Virus record (IMG/VR): IMGVR_UViG_3300037323_000212
Span: 6,227-70,226 of that record
DNA length: 64,000 nucleotides
Reading direction: 5' to 3' (one strand)
From: a virus
The notes below the pieces were generated by a model. The model saw nothing but the letters and a program-made list of their open reading frames with translations. It had not been told where the DNA came from and did no database searches. The translations under genes and the position numbers were made by a program. Of this stretch, positions 1-10,364 are shown piece after piece (within the stretch, counting starts at the first letter, position 1; every line of letters starts with the position of its first letter).

Positions 1-815
1 AAGGAGGGGTTTTGACGCATGAGGCCGACTTTTCGGTTGCTGTTTTCCCGGGCCAAGATCTGTGCGTACACGTTGGACTTGTCCGTGACAAGCGCCTTGC
101 GGTGCTTGTCAATCAGGTCTTGGCACATGATCAGATCCTTCATGAAGCTCAAACGCCCCGCCTTCCAGCTGTGGTAACGCTCCTTCAAATCCATGTCAAA
201 GCTGTCTTTGAACGTAAAGAGGCCCACCATCGCGTTGGTGGGTAGGGTGGCCACCATCAGTCGAATGGACACGGGAATAACTGCTGACTGGTCGCCCTCT
301 TTTAGGGTGACGTTAAACAGCTTGCCCACGGCCAGGTTGGTGGCATCTCGGATGGTGGTCATGGCGTCTTTGTCGGTTGAGGCGCGCGCCTCTTCCATGG
401 CCACGGCTTGGTGGTTCTTGGTCGTGGGCAGGCGGTGGGCGTAAGAGGCCTCAACCGAGCGCCAGTCAGCGTAAGACTCAAAACCCAGTCCCCGGTTGGG
501 GTTCAACGGGCCCAGGCGACTCGCCACCGAGACGCTCCCAATGGTGCCCAGCAAATTGACCGCTTGCAAATAGTAGCCACTGAACAGGGTGTGCATGGTC
601 TGCATCACATCGGGCAAGTAGTCCAGGTTCATGCAGTCCGCATCGACCATGACTATGGGCTCTACCCGAGCGACTTGGGCGATGTCGATGAGCGAGCCGT
701 TCTTGAAATAAGACGCTGTGTGTTTCGCATCAGAATAGGTAGCTCTCAAACGACTCCCCACGCTGGAGACTACTTCGAGTGCACCGGTGGCAGCGGCAAG
801 GGTAATCGGGTCCAT
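1..815 (-). CDS. Virion head/inner-body protein, phiKZ gp89-like (partial, runs off the left edge)
   Basis: Absent from the ORF track. Hand translation from ATG at 815: MDPITLAAATGALEVV...SLIDIAQVARVEPIVMVDAD...LPDVMQTMHTLFSGYYLQAV...LGPLNPNR, which resembles recalled phiKZ-like head protein motifs. Divergent from the 862 gene. Confidence 0.7.
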   Translation of the reverse strand, partial: MDPITLAAATGALEVVSSVGSRLRATYSDAKHTASYFKNGSLIDIAQVARVEPIVMVDADCMNLDYLPDVMQTMHTLFSGYYLQAVNLLGTIGSVSVASRLGPLNPNRGLGFESYADWRSVEASYAHRLPTTKNHQAVAMEEARASTDKDAMTTIRDATNLAVGKLFNVTLKEGDQSAVIPVSIRLMVATLPTNAMVGLFTFKDSFDMDLKERYHSWKAGRLSFMKDLIMCQDLIDKHRKALVTDKSNVYAQILARENSNRKVGLMRQNPS

Positions 816-861
816 GATTGTTTTCCTAGGTTAAGATAAAGAGAAAAGAGAGATTATCAAA

Positions 862-1941
862 ATGAGCGAGAACGACAAAAAAATCAACACCACCTTGGGC
901 GATGTCTTCAAAAGCACCCCCATCGGTGATGTGGAACGTGCCATGGGTTCGGTGTTTTTTGGCATCAACCACCGCCAGCAGCCCAGCCCCATCCCGATCA
1001 ACCGGGACATGTACGGCCTGACCTTCTTCACACGCCCCCAGCTGAACCTGACCACGCAGAACGTGCGCGCCGAGCGCAGCCTCATACCTTTGCTCACCAA
1101 CGAGCCCGCGAGCATCGCGCGCATGATCCGCTGCTACTTGGACCCGCGCTTGAACTACGCCAGTTCGAATTTTGGCTGCCCCTTTGTGGACCATGAAAAC
1201 GCGTTCATCCCCTTGCTCACCAACCACCTGGTCACCTGCGCGGGCTGGCCTGACCCGACCTTGGACAGCTTTACCAGCAAGCCCGGCTCGCACAAGGAGG
1301 TGTACGGGATGGTCGACAGCACGCTCGATTTGTTTGCCGCGTTCGATCTGAGTCTTACGTTTCGCAACATGCAAGCGGACCCAATCACCGAGATGTTTCG
1401 CATCTGGACCATCTACATGGCCTCGGTTTTTAAGGGTATCATGGTGCCCTACCCCGACTTGATGATGAAAAACGAGATCGACTACATGACTCGGGTGTAC
1501 CGCTTGGTGCTGGACAAAAACAGGAACACCGTACAAAAGATAGCTTGCATCGGGGCGGGCTACCCGGTGTCGGTGCCTTTTGGCAACTCATTTAACTTTG
1601 ATGCCGACAAGCCGCTCAACGCCAACAACGACCAGCTGAGCTTTCAGTTGCGCTCGATTGGGGCATGCTACCAAGACCCGATCATCATCCACGAGTTCAA
1701 CAAAGTCGTGGGCGTGTTTAACCCCGGCATGCGAGAGGACCAGTTCTACCGCAGTGGCGACGGTACGCTTAAAAACGCCAGCGTGCAGCTCGTGCCCAAG
1801 GAGGCGCTCAGTGAGTTTAACTGCCGGGGCTATCCCCACATCGACCCCTCCACGTACGAGCTCAACTGGTACGTGCCCAAGAGTGAGTACGACTCGGTGA
1901 TGGCGGCGTACTCGCGCCACAACGCAGCGCTTGCGCGCTGA
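862..1941 (+). CDS. Virion structural protein (phiKZ gp88-like)
   Basis: 359-aa ORF with GLTFFTRPQLNL and DYMTRVYRLVLD motifs recalled from phiKZ-like structural proteins; position in the structural block. Confidence 0.7.
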   Translation: MSENDKKINTTLGDVFKSTPIGDVERAMGSVFFGINHRQQPSPIPINRDMYGLTFFTRPQLNLTTQNVRAERSLIPLLTNEPASIARMIRCYLDPRLNYASSNFGCPFVDHENAFIPLLTNHLVTCAGWPDPTLDSFTSKPGSHKEVYGMVDSTLDLFAAFDLSLTFRNMQADPITEMFRIWTIYMASVFKGIMVPYPDLMMKNEIDYMTRVYRLVLDKNRNTVQKIACIGAGYPVSVPFGNSFNFDADKPLNANNDQLSFQLRSIGACYQDPIIIHEFNKVVGVFNPGMREDQFYRSGDGTLKNASVQLVPKEALSEFNCRGYPHIDPSTYELNWYVPKSEYDSVMAAYSRHNAALAR

Positions 1942-1983
1942 GACGCTCACCACTCCCTCTCACACACCACAAGGAATTTTGTC

Positions 1984-4926
1984 ATGATTTACACGTCTGT
2001 CACCACGCGCCTGGGCGACATCGAGCAGTACAAGTACAACCCAGCCAAGATGCAGCGCGCCGCGCTGGAGGCCTTGCGCGCTATCACCAGTGGTGAGGTT
2101 GATGTGGTCGATGCGACCAACCCGTTTGTGTTTTGCATGGAGACCACGGCCGTTAACACGGCCGCGTTCATGGTGCACGCTGAGGCCCTCACGCGGCGCC
2201 AGTACGCCGCGGTGGCCATGACCAACGAGGACGTCTACTTGCACATGGGAGACAAGGACTACATCGGGCGCTTTGCACTGCCAACCAAAGCCAAGTTCAC
2301 TTTGATGTTTCGAAAAGACGAGCTGCTCCAAGCCCTGGTGCTAGACCCAGAGACAGGCGTTCGAAAGCTCACCATTCCACGCAACACGGTGTTTACGATC
2401 GCTGAGGTCGCGTTCAGCTTGCAGTACCCAGTTGATATTCGAGAGCTGGTGCACGGGGGCTTGCAAATCGTCTACGACGTGCGCCAGCTCTCGCCTTTGC
2501 AAGTGCTCCCGACCAACGTGGTCGAGTGGCAAGAGATCTACGACCCCAGTGGCACGGCGTTCTTGCAGTTCTCGCTGGAGGCCACGCAGTTTAACATCGT
2601 GAGCAAGCTAAACGACGTGAACGCCGCCTCAGGCTTTAAGACAACGTTCACGCTGAGTGATTCGTTTTACCACGCGCGCGTGTACACCCAGCTGAGTGAC
2701 GGGCACTGGCAAGAGATCCCCACCACCCACACCCAACAAGTCTACGACCCCAAGACGCCCACGGCGGTGCTCAAAGTGCTTGACAAGACCGTGACCGTTG
2801 TGATACCGGTGATTTACACGACAACGGGTCAAATTCGCAACAAACTGCGCATTGACGTCTACGAGACCAAGGGCGAGTTGAGCATGCTGCTCAGCAACTA
2901 CACCTTGGAGGACTTCTCCGTGCAGTGGCGGGTCATCGACGCCAACGACGCCACGCCCTACGTCTCGCCACTTAGTGAGTTGAAGACGATGGGGTTTTTC
3001 TCCCTAAGCGCGGTGTCTGGTGGGCGCGCCGCACTGTCTATGGCTGAGTTGCGCCAGCGGGTCATCCAAAACAACGTGGGCCCCAAGAGCATACCCATTA
3101 CCAACGTGGAGTTGCAAAGCAACATCGAGGACTCGGGCTACGAGGTGGTTAAAAACGTCGACACCATCACCAACCGCATCTTCTTGGCCACCAAACCCAT
3201 GCCCAAGCCGATCGATGAGCGGCTTATCACGCCTGCGCCCTCCAGCGTGGCCACCGTCGTGTTGGCGTTCTCCCAAATGGTGCACGCCCACGGCGTGATC
3301 GTGCACCCAACGGGGGTTACACTTACCCCCAGCGCCGTCTACGAGAGCGTGGGCGGGATCACCTCCGTTGTGAGCAAAATCAGCCACGCCGAGCTGAGCC
3401 GCCTCACCAACGCCCAACGCTGCTTGGCTGTTAACGCGCGAAACTACCTGTACAGCCCCTTTCACTACGTGCTCGATGGCGAGACGACCTCGGGCGAGGA
3501 CGCGGGCTTTGATGTGCGCCCGTACTACATGGACGCCCCCGAGGTGCTCAGCAAGAGCTTTGTGGCAGAAAACGCCGCTACGGGCTTGCAAGCATCGGTG
3601 GCGGCCAACTACAGCATCTCGCGCAGCGACACGGGCTATCGGCTCGTGCTCACGACGCGCTCGAGCAAAGAGTTTCGCGCGCTGAGCGATGACACGGTTT
3701 TTGCTCAGCTGAGCTTTCGGGTGAGTGGGGACACGGTGTCTGCCTTTATGCTGGGCGTGCAGCAAGCGCGCGCCTCTGTTGAGGACGAGCGGGTCTATGT
3801 GTTTGACATGGTCACGCGGTTCAATTTGAACCCCGCCCACCAGCTCGACCAAGCGTCCTTCACCTACAGCACAACGGAGCTTACAACGCGCTGTGAGCTG
3901 CTCCAAGACATGAGTGTCTCCTTTGCAACCACTGCTGCGCCGGTGGCCAATTTGATCAGAGGTGTCGTGGACCAAGGACTGGGTCGCTTTCAACTCCCCT
4001 TTGACGTTGTGGGGGTCACGCAGGAGAAACTGAAGATCCGCTTTGGCCACTCGCTGGACACGCTGTGGTCGCGCGGGCGCAGCGTCACCTCCTCGGTCCG
4101 CTACAAGCGCCACGCAGCAGATGTGCCGCGCTTGAACGCCCAAGACGTGTACCTGCGCGACCCACTCACCAACTCTGCGTTCTCTCTAAACGCAGGCGGT
4201 GATCTACAGTACACGCTGCTCCAAGCCGCGGGCAGTCCTGTTAAAGACGCTCAAGGGGTCGTGCAACTGCTGCACCGCGCTGGAGACCCGGTGCTAGATG
4301 CAGCAGGGCGCCCGGTTGCTGAGGCGGGCTACTTGGGGGAGCTTACGCGTCACGTGGACATCACTGTGATCGATGCGGTGTACCGCTTTGCCACCGACTT
4401 GGTGTCTTCATCGTACCGCCAGTACCTGGCCTCGTCCTTGGTGGGCTGGCTCACCGAGGACTTAACGGCCCTAAACGCAACGCTCTTGGATCAGACCAAG
4501 ATTTACTTCTACCCCAAAGTGACCCAAGGCGACATCAAGGTGATGTCTCGAAAAGGCGTGGAGGCCAGCATCCCTGCGGCGCAGTCGTTTGTGGTCACGC
4601 TGCACGTGCCCAAGGCCACGATGCAAAGCACAGAGCTGATTGGCGCCATCAAGAAGAGCACAATTCGAACGATTGATTTGGCCATCAAGGGCGTGACAAC
4701 TTCGGTGTCCTCCATTGAGATGGCGCTGCGCAGCCAATACGGCAGCGATGTGATCGATGTTAAACTAAAAGGCCTGGGCGGTGAGATGGACTACAGCGCA
4801 CTCAGTGTGCTGGACAAATCCACTCGCCTAAGCATCAAGAAGCGACTCGTCTCCTTGCCCGATGACCAGTTGATTGCTGAGGAGGATGTGGAGTTTGTGA
4901 TCATCGAGCACAGCGTGGCCATCTAA
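1984..4926 (+). CDS. Large virion structural protein (phiKZ gp87-like, possible baseplate component)
   Basis: 980-aa ORF with upstream AAGGA RBS; synteny with the preceding structural gene. Confidence 0.7.
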   Translation: MIYTSVTTRLGDIEQYKYNPAKMQRAALEALRAITSGEVDVVDATNPFVFCMETTAVNTAAFMVHAEALTRRQYAAVAMTNEDVYLHMGDKDYIGRFALPTKAKFTLMFRKDELLQALVLDPETGVRKLTIPRNTVFTIAEVAFSLQYPVDIRELVHGGLQIVYDVRQLSPLQVLPTNVVEWQEIYDPSGTAFLQFSLEATQFNIVSKLNDVNAASGFKTTFTLSDSFYHARVYTQLSDGHWQEIPTTHTQQVYDPKTPTAVLKVLDKTVTVVIPVIYTTTGQIRNKLRIDVYETKGELSMLLSNYTLEDFSVQWRVIDANDATPYVSPLSELKTMGFFSLSAVSGGRAALSMAELRQRVIQNNVGPKSIPITNVELQSNIEDSGYEVVKNVDTITNRIFLATKPMPKPIDERLITPAPSSVATVVLAFSQMVHAHGVIVHPTGVTLTPSAVYESVGGITSVVSKISHAELSRLTNAQRCLAVNARNYLYSPFHYVLDGETTSGEDAGFDVRPYYMDAPEVLSKSFVAENAATGLQASVAANYSISRSDTGYRLVLTTRSSKEFRALSDDTVFAQLSFRVSGDTVSAFMLGVQQARASVEDERVYVFDMVTRFNLNPAHQLDQASFTYSTTELTTRCELLQDMSVSFATTAAPVANLIRGVVDQGLGRFQLPFDVVGVTQEKLKIRFGHSLDTLWSRGRSVTSSVRYKRHAADVPRLNAQDVYLRDPLTNSAFSLNAGGDLQYTLLQAAGSPVKDAQGVVQLLHRAGDPVLDAAGRPVAEAGYLGELTRHVDITVIDAVYRFATDLVSSSYRQYLASSLVGWLTEDLTALNATLLDQTKIYFYPKVTQGDIKVMSRKGVEASIPAAQSFVVTLHVPKATMQSTELIGAIKKSTIRTIDLAIKGVTTSVSSIEMALRSQYGSDVIDVKLKGLGGEMDYSALSVLDKSTRLSIKKRLVSLPDDQLIAEEDVEFVIIEHSVAI

Positions 4927-4949
4927 GACAAAAAAAATAAGCAGCACAC

Positions 4950-4985
4950 CTGCCCCAGGCCCTCATCGATGAGGGCCTGGGGCAG
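4950..4985. terminator. Perfect 36-bp palindrome, probable bidirectional terminator
   Basis: CTGCCCCAGGCCCTCATC-GATGAGGGCCTGGGGCAG between convergent genes, preceded by an A-tract. Confidence 0.7.
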
Positions 4986-5286
4986 TATGGCGTCTCAGTG
5001 CGCTGGCAACTGCAGGGCTGCCCTGAGGGGCGTTGCGTTCTCAGAGCTGCCCGCTTAGACTCAGCGGGCACTGGATGTCTTGGATGTCTTGGTACACCGA
5101 GCCCATCCAATTGCCATCCTCCACCTGGCATCCATTGTAATAATCGGTGCTTGGTGAGCCGCTTTGCTGCAAGCCCAGTGGCCAGTCCTTTTTGGTGTAC
5201 ACACGCTCGGTGCTGCTGGCTTGGGGGTAAGTGAGCTGAAGGGCACTGAACGACTTGCTGGGGTCGTTAGGATGCATGCTGATGCC

Positions 5287-5820
5287 TTAGTTTGACAAGG
5301 CCATTGAACCCACACGTGCCTCTGGCACAAAGGAGCGTTTGCCAAAGGGGTGGGGATGCACGGACACTGGCTCAGCAACTGTCTTCTCAGCAAGGACGGG
5401 TGAGTTGATCGACACCGCACTGACCTTGTCAATCTCGCTTAGCTGCAGCTGCAGCTGCAGCCGAGCGATCCTGGCGGCATACATCACCGCAAGCGCTCTG
5501 TGGTGCTCCTCTTGACTTGCACTGAGCAGTTGCTCCAGGTGATTTTGATGCACCTGATCGGCAATTAACTTGCCGATGCTTACTCGGCGAAACAATCCCC
5601 TTTTCTCAACCGTAAACGCCGCGCACGCGCGCAGGTCGCCACCGAGACGGTGCGCGCGCTCAATGCACAGACCGACCATGCTGGCGTACTGCTCGGCTGC
5701 CGAGGTGTGAATCAGGCACAGGCGGCGCGCCTCGTACTGGTGGTCCGAGAGCTGAGACTGAATGCTGGCCATTGAGGACTGTGCCTTGAAAGGCATAAAT
5801 TTAGACAGGTTAAAACTCAT
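5287..5820 (-). CDS. Hypothetical protein with an internal two-fold repeat
   Basis: 177-aa ORF; two similar helical segments (QLSDHQYEARRLCLIH..AAEQYASMV / LIADQVHQNHLEQLLSASQEEHHRALAVMY). Preceded by the putative early promoter motif at about 5920. Confidence 0.6.
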   Translation of the reverse strand: MSFNLSKFMPFKAQSSMASIQSQLSDHQYEARRLCLIHTSAAEQYASMVGLCIERAHRLGGDLRACAAFTVEKRGLFRRVSIGKLIADQVHQNHLEQLLSASQEEHHRALAVMYAARIARLQLQLQLSEIDKVSAVSINSPVLAEKTVAEPVSVHPHPFGKRSFVPEARVGSMALSN

Positions 5821-5961
5821 GATTTTCTACTCAGGTTAAGTGATGAAATTGAACACCTGTAAGATCAAACAAACCCAAGGCAAGTGACTTGGGCGGTGTA
5901 GCAACTGGGGTTCAATAGGATGATAAGTGATTAATTAATTCTGCAATCTTTGTCACTAGCG

Positions 5962-6000
5962 GCATACCACCCGGGTCCTTTAAAAGGACCCGGGTGGTGC
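5962..6000. terminator. Stem-loop terminator
   Basis: ACCACCCGGGTCCTTT/AAAGGACCCGGGTGGT inverted repeat just downstream of the 6007 ORF. Confidence 0.65.
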
Positions 6001-6006
6001 AGCGCT

Positions 6007-6483
6007 CTAGCAGGACTGAGATTTGCTCAGGATCTGTGTGATCCGGTTGGCCAGCACAATCACCACTTGCGAGTGGTTTTGGCAAAACGCTTGGGTGTCT
6101 GGGTTCACGTAGCGCCCCGCTCCGGCCAGCTTGGTCAAGAAGCAGTACTCACCCGAGGCCATCATCGGCACGCTGGCATCGGGGTAGGCGTTGGCGTAGC
6201 GAATGAGCCAGTGCGCGCGCACCGTCTCATTGACCAGTTCAACGTCCACGACAACCGCTTCGTTGAAGTGTGCCATCATCTCAGACGCAGTGGTTTTTAC
6301 GTTAAACAGAAAATGAGACTCAGCAGCATCCACCGCTGAGGACGGGATGGGCAGCATGCGCGACAAGGCAATGCCCAGCGCGATGCTGGTGGCCTTTTTG
6401 TGCACGTTGATGTCTTTGACCCGCTCGCGCAGGAAAGCTTGCAAGCTCAGGCAATCAAGTTGGTTCATGGTGGTCTCTTTCAA
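6007..6483 (-). CDS. Hypothetical, probably virion-associated protein
   Basis: 158-aa ORF directly downstream of the HEXXH gene; true start may be the Met of MNQLD. Confidence 0.6.
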   Translation of the reverse strand: MKETTMNQLDCLSLQAFLRERVKDINVHKKATSIALGIALSRMLPIPSSAVDAAESHFLFNVKTTASEMMAHFNEAVVVDVELVNETVRAHWLIRYANAYPDASVPMMASGEYCFLTKLAGAGRYVNPDTQAFCQNHSQVVIVLANRITQILSKSQSC

Positions 6484-6489
6484 AAGGGT

Positions 6490-7779
6490 TCAAGCAAGGG
6501 TGAATTTGGTAGCGCTGTCAAACAATGAATTGTTGCCCAGCAGCTCCAGGTCTTTTTGCAGCAACTCAAACTTGTAGGCGTTACGGTAGCTGGGTTTCAG
6601 GTAGTACACCACTTTTCCGATAAAGTGCAAGTTGTCGTCGTGGAACTTGGCGATGGTCTCGATGGCTGCGTTTGCATCGAGCAGTGCTTGTTTCTCTTTG
6701 GCTGACAAGCGCTGGTTTTTCAAGCGCTGTGTGTTCTGCGCTTTGATGCGCAGAATACGAGATTTATCACTGTCGTAAGCGGCCGAGCGATTGGCGTCAA
6801 ACAAAATGACAATCCAGATCAAGCCCAGCGTATAGTAAGTGAGTGCTAAAAACCCCAAGATGAGAAACACCACCTGACAGGCCTGCACCAACCAGCTGCC
6901 CAAACCCGCTTCTCGCCACTCAACGCGCGCCCACAATTTGTCCAGTGCTGTGACGAGGTCTTTGCCCGCGCCACAGCGGGTGGCAAATTGGTCGGCCAAG
7001 TACTCACACGCCGTTGTGTCGTACACGTTAAACCCCAGCTCACTGACTGACAAAGTAATGCTGGCGTCCAGCACCACGCAACTTACCACCTTGGCGTCTT
7101 TGGCATTCAAAAGCGCTTTTTGTTGTTCCTCGGTCATACGCAACAAATCAGATCCAGCTGCAAAGACGATTTTGCGGCTTTCTTCAGGCACTGTTTTGTC
7201 CATGGCCCGTGTCATCCCAGCCAGCACTTGGTTGGTGCTGACCGAGCGCGAGATGAACTCGATGAGCGTAAAGGTGTGGCCAACCTCATGCAACACGATA
7301 GCGGCCACCTCGCTGGCAGTGAATCTGCTTTTCAGGGTCAGCATGTCGCGCGGCATGTACAGGTCAAACTGCATTTTGGCAAAGACGCCGTTCACTTTGG
7401 CTGTCTTCAAATCAAAACCACCATCGATGACCTTCTTCTTCATCGCCAGCGTGAGTGGGCGGATGTCTTTTTGCAAATCAAAGCCCATCAGGTCTTTGAA
7501 CGTCTCTTGCTCCGCTCGGCTAAAGAGAACGTTGCTGCCCGTGAGCATGGGGAGTTGCGTGGCGGGTCCACTGTTGCGCCCGTCTAGCATGGCGTACTGC
7601 AAGTCGGTGTGCTTTTTGATCACAGCCAATACCTTGCCCACGCTCGGTGAGGTAAAGTAGGCCTCGTCCAACAGATTGTCATCAGCGCCCTTGCAGGCTT
7701 CTATGCTGCGCGTGAGCTCCTCGAAGAAAGCGGGGCCTTGAAAAGAGATTGACTCAAGGGCTAAGATGCCTTTGCGCAT
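6490..7779 (-). CDS. Zincin/M48-like metallopeptidase-domain virion protein (phiKZ gp83/84-like)
   Basis: EVAAIVLHEVGH (HExxH), downstream EYLADQFATRCG (ExxAD), a hydrophobic segment, and an N-terminal ALES motif resembling the S/A/G-x-E prohead protease site. Confidence 0.7.
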   Translation of the reverse strand: MRKGILALESISFQGPAFFEELTRSIEACKGADDNLLDEAYFTSPSVGKVLAVIKKHTDLQYAMLDGRNSGPATQLPMLTGSNVLFSRAEQETFKDLMGFDLQKDIRPLTLAMKKKVIDGGFDLKTAKVNGVFAKMQFDLYMPRDMLTLKSRFTASEVAAIVLHEVGHTFTLIEFISRSVSTNQVLAGMTRAMDKTVPEESRKIVFAAGSDLLRMTEEQQKALLNAKDAKVVSCVVLDASITLSVSELGFNVYDTTACEYLADQFATRCGAGKDLVTALDKLWARVEWREAGLGSWLVQACQVVFLILGFLALTYYTLGLIWIVILFDANRSAAYDSDKSRILRIKAQNTQRLKNQRLSAKEKQALLDANAAIETIAKFHDDNLHFIGKVVYYLKPSYRNAYKFELLQKDLELLGNNSLFDSATKFTLA

Positions 7780-7876
7780 GGGGTGAGCTTTCGCGGGTTA
7801 AAGTTATTGTGGGGCGGCATGGAGTAGCGAGCCAGCAAGTCGCTCGTCAAACCATTTACCGGAGCAAGCCGCCTTT

Positions 7877-10299
7877 ATGACCATCCCTGCCCCCACCCCC
7901 TCGCCGCTGGAATGCCGATTTGCCGTCTACAGCAAATCGAAAACCGATGACACCGACATGCACCTGATCAAAGAGGCGGTGCACAACCCAGACGGCACCA
8001 TCACGCCTCACGTGCGCATGGTCAAGCAATACACCCGAAACTTCTACGTGACCAAGAAGGGCATGCAAAACCACGTTGACCGAAAGGAGTGGGAGCTTAA
8101 AAGCAACCTGACCGAGTTCAAGTGTACCCAGACCAACTTGGTCAACTCGGTGGCGCGCGCCTTTGGAAACGCAGGCTTTAGAGGCACGCTGCGCGACTTG
8201 CCCGAGTCGCGCTTCGTGTACGGCTCAGACATCACATCGACGGCGATGATCAAGCAAAGCTACAAAGACCGCTGGGACTTGCTCACGCCCTACTCCTACG
8301 CGGTGTTTGACACAGAGACCGACATGCTGCACGGCACCGACGCCATCATGATGGCCACGGTGAGTTTTAAAGACCGGGTGTTTACCGCTGTGCAAAAGAG
8401 CTTCGTCGCCGGCTACACCGACCCCATTGGGCGCATCCACGCGCTGGCTGAGAAGTACTTGGGTACAACGTTCAAAGCGCGAAACATCAAGATGGAAGTG
8501 GTCCTGGTCAACACAGAGATCGATGTCGTTCGCGCCACGATGGCCAAGTCCCACGCGTGGAAGCCCGACTTCCTAGGGGTGTGGAATTTGGACTTTGACA
8601 TGACCAAGGTCATCGAGGCGTGTGAGCGCGCCGGCATAGCACCCGAGGACTTGCTCTGTGACCCCGGCGTGCCCACTAAGTACCGAAACTTTCGCTATAA
8701 AAGGGGTCTGGCCAAGAAGGTGTCTTCCTCGGGCAAGGTGATGAGCTTTACCCCCGCGCAGCGCTGGCACACCGTGTTTTGCCCCTCGTCCTTTTACTGG
8801 ATCGATGCGATGTGCGCTTACCGCCAGGTGAGAACGGGCCAGTCCGAGGAGCCCAGCTACGCGCTGGACGCCATTTTGAACAAGGACTTGAAGATCGGCA
8901 AGCTGAAGTTCAAAGAGGCCGATGCGTACAAGGGCGCGGAGTGGCACATCTTCATGCAAAAGAACTACCCGCTGGAGTACGTCGTCTACAACCAGTTCGA
9001 CTGCATCTCCATGGAGCTGCTCGATGAGCTCAACTTGGACTTGCAGCTCTCGCTCCCCGCGTTCTCTGGGTGCTCGGATTTTAACAACTTCAACTCCCAG
9101 CCCAGGCGCTCAGTGAACGCGCTGCACTACTTTTTGCTCAAGCACGACCATGTCATTGGGAGCACGGCTTCTGAGATGACGGATGACTTGGACACGGACA
9201 CCTTGGGAATTGACAAGTGGATCAACTAACAGGTCCCCTTGCGCAGGAACGCGCAAGTGATAAGATGCTTAATTGACTGGGACACCCTGAGAGCCTCTTC
9301 ACCACAGCGCAGCGCGAAAGCGCAGACGTCACGGTTTAAAAACGAAGAGGATTGGGCAATCAGCAGCGAAGCTCCTACGTATCGTCGGGAGACGAGACAC
9401 GGAGAACGTTCAACGACTATTCCGTCAGGGAAGTAGGGGCACGAGCCCCGAAACAGCATCTGCCCTACCTCCCTCGGGACCGGGCAGTGATATAGTCTGT
9501 TCCCGAGGGAAACCACGGGCAGGTGTCATGCAGCACACCGGGCACGCTAGCAGAGCGTGCTGGACAACAAGCGTGATGTTAGACGCGCACCTCGTGACCG
9601 ACACGGGGCTGCAGCTGATCAAGGAGATACCCGGCATGCCCACAAACATCCGGGTCGATGTAGCGGATTGTACAATTGACACACCTCAATTAAGTCCGGC
9701 CGTGGCGTAATTCATGGTATAAAGTTATTTAATTGCTGGGAACTCTCGCAAAACCACTGGGCTAAATCGGCGTATGAAAATACAGACGCAAATGCTTGAA
9801 AACACAGTGGGTAGAGACAATCAGCAGCCAAGGCCCTAACCGCTTGACCACCAAGCGCACGGGCAAGGTTCAACGACTATTCCGCACACACTGCAGCGTC
9901 CCCCGACGCTGCAGTCAGGAAGTAGGGGCAAGTGCTCCGAAACAGTAACCACCCCACCAGGTAACACTGAGGGTGAAGATATAGTCTCGTCTGCATGGAG
10001 ACATGCAGCAGTCCTTGCGGTCGTGAGACCCCGAGCAAACGGGCACCACCTAACGAGTGGTGTTGAAGATATCGTTAGACGTAACCGCCAGCTACCCGAC
10101 CACCGAGAAGGTGATGAACGTGTCCAAGGAGACCACCTCCAAAGAGATCATCTCCATTGCCGGGGTCGAAGAAGACGTCCAGCGCAACCAGACCATCAAC
10201 TGGGCCGCTGGGCGCAGCAACGCCGCTGAGATTGCCAACCAGTTGTTTGGCCTGCCAACGCTGGACGGCATGCTCGCTGCGTTCTTAAAGCAGCACTAG
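7877..10299 (+). CDS. DNA polymerase B, exonuclease/N-terminal subunit (phiKZ gp82-like), spliced from 3 exons
   Basis: join(7877..9222,9572..9668,10075..10299) = 1668 nt, 555 aa. ExoI FDTETD and WNLDFD present. Splicing restores DKWIVMLDAHL and the polymerase motif-A-like VADLDVTASYP. Confidence 0.88.
9223..9571 (+). ncRNA. Group I intron 1 in DNA polymerase subunit (349 nt, no ORF)
   Basis: P AATTGACTGGGAC, Q AATCAGCAGC, R GTTCAACGACTA, S GATATAGTC. Exon end GGAT pairs with IGS GTCC (U.G); terminal G at 9571; frame restored. Confidence 0.9.
9669..10074 (+). ncRNA. Group I intron 2 in DNA polymerase subunit (406 nt, no ORF)
   Basis: P AATTGCTGGGAA, Q AATCAGCAGC, R GTTCAACGACTA, S GAAGATATAGTC. 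Exon end CGGAT pairs with IGS GTCCG; terminal G at 10074. Confidence 0.9.
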
Positions 10300-10317
10300 A
10301 CCAAAAAAATAAAAAAG

Positions 10318-10360
10318 CATATCAGCTCAGAGTCCTCAACGGTACTCTGGGCTGATATGA
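10318..10360. terminator. Stem-loop between convergent genes
   Basis: CATATCAGCTCAGAGT...ACTCTGGGCTGATATG, preceded by an A-tract. Confidence 0.65.
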
Positions 10361-10364
10361 CAGC

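Noticed and set aside
5041-5277. 78-aa minus-strand ORF after the 177-aa gene
   Set aside because: The spacing is plausible but there is no RBS or motif; left uncalled.
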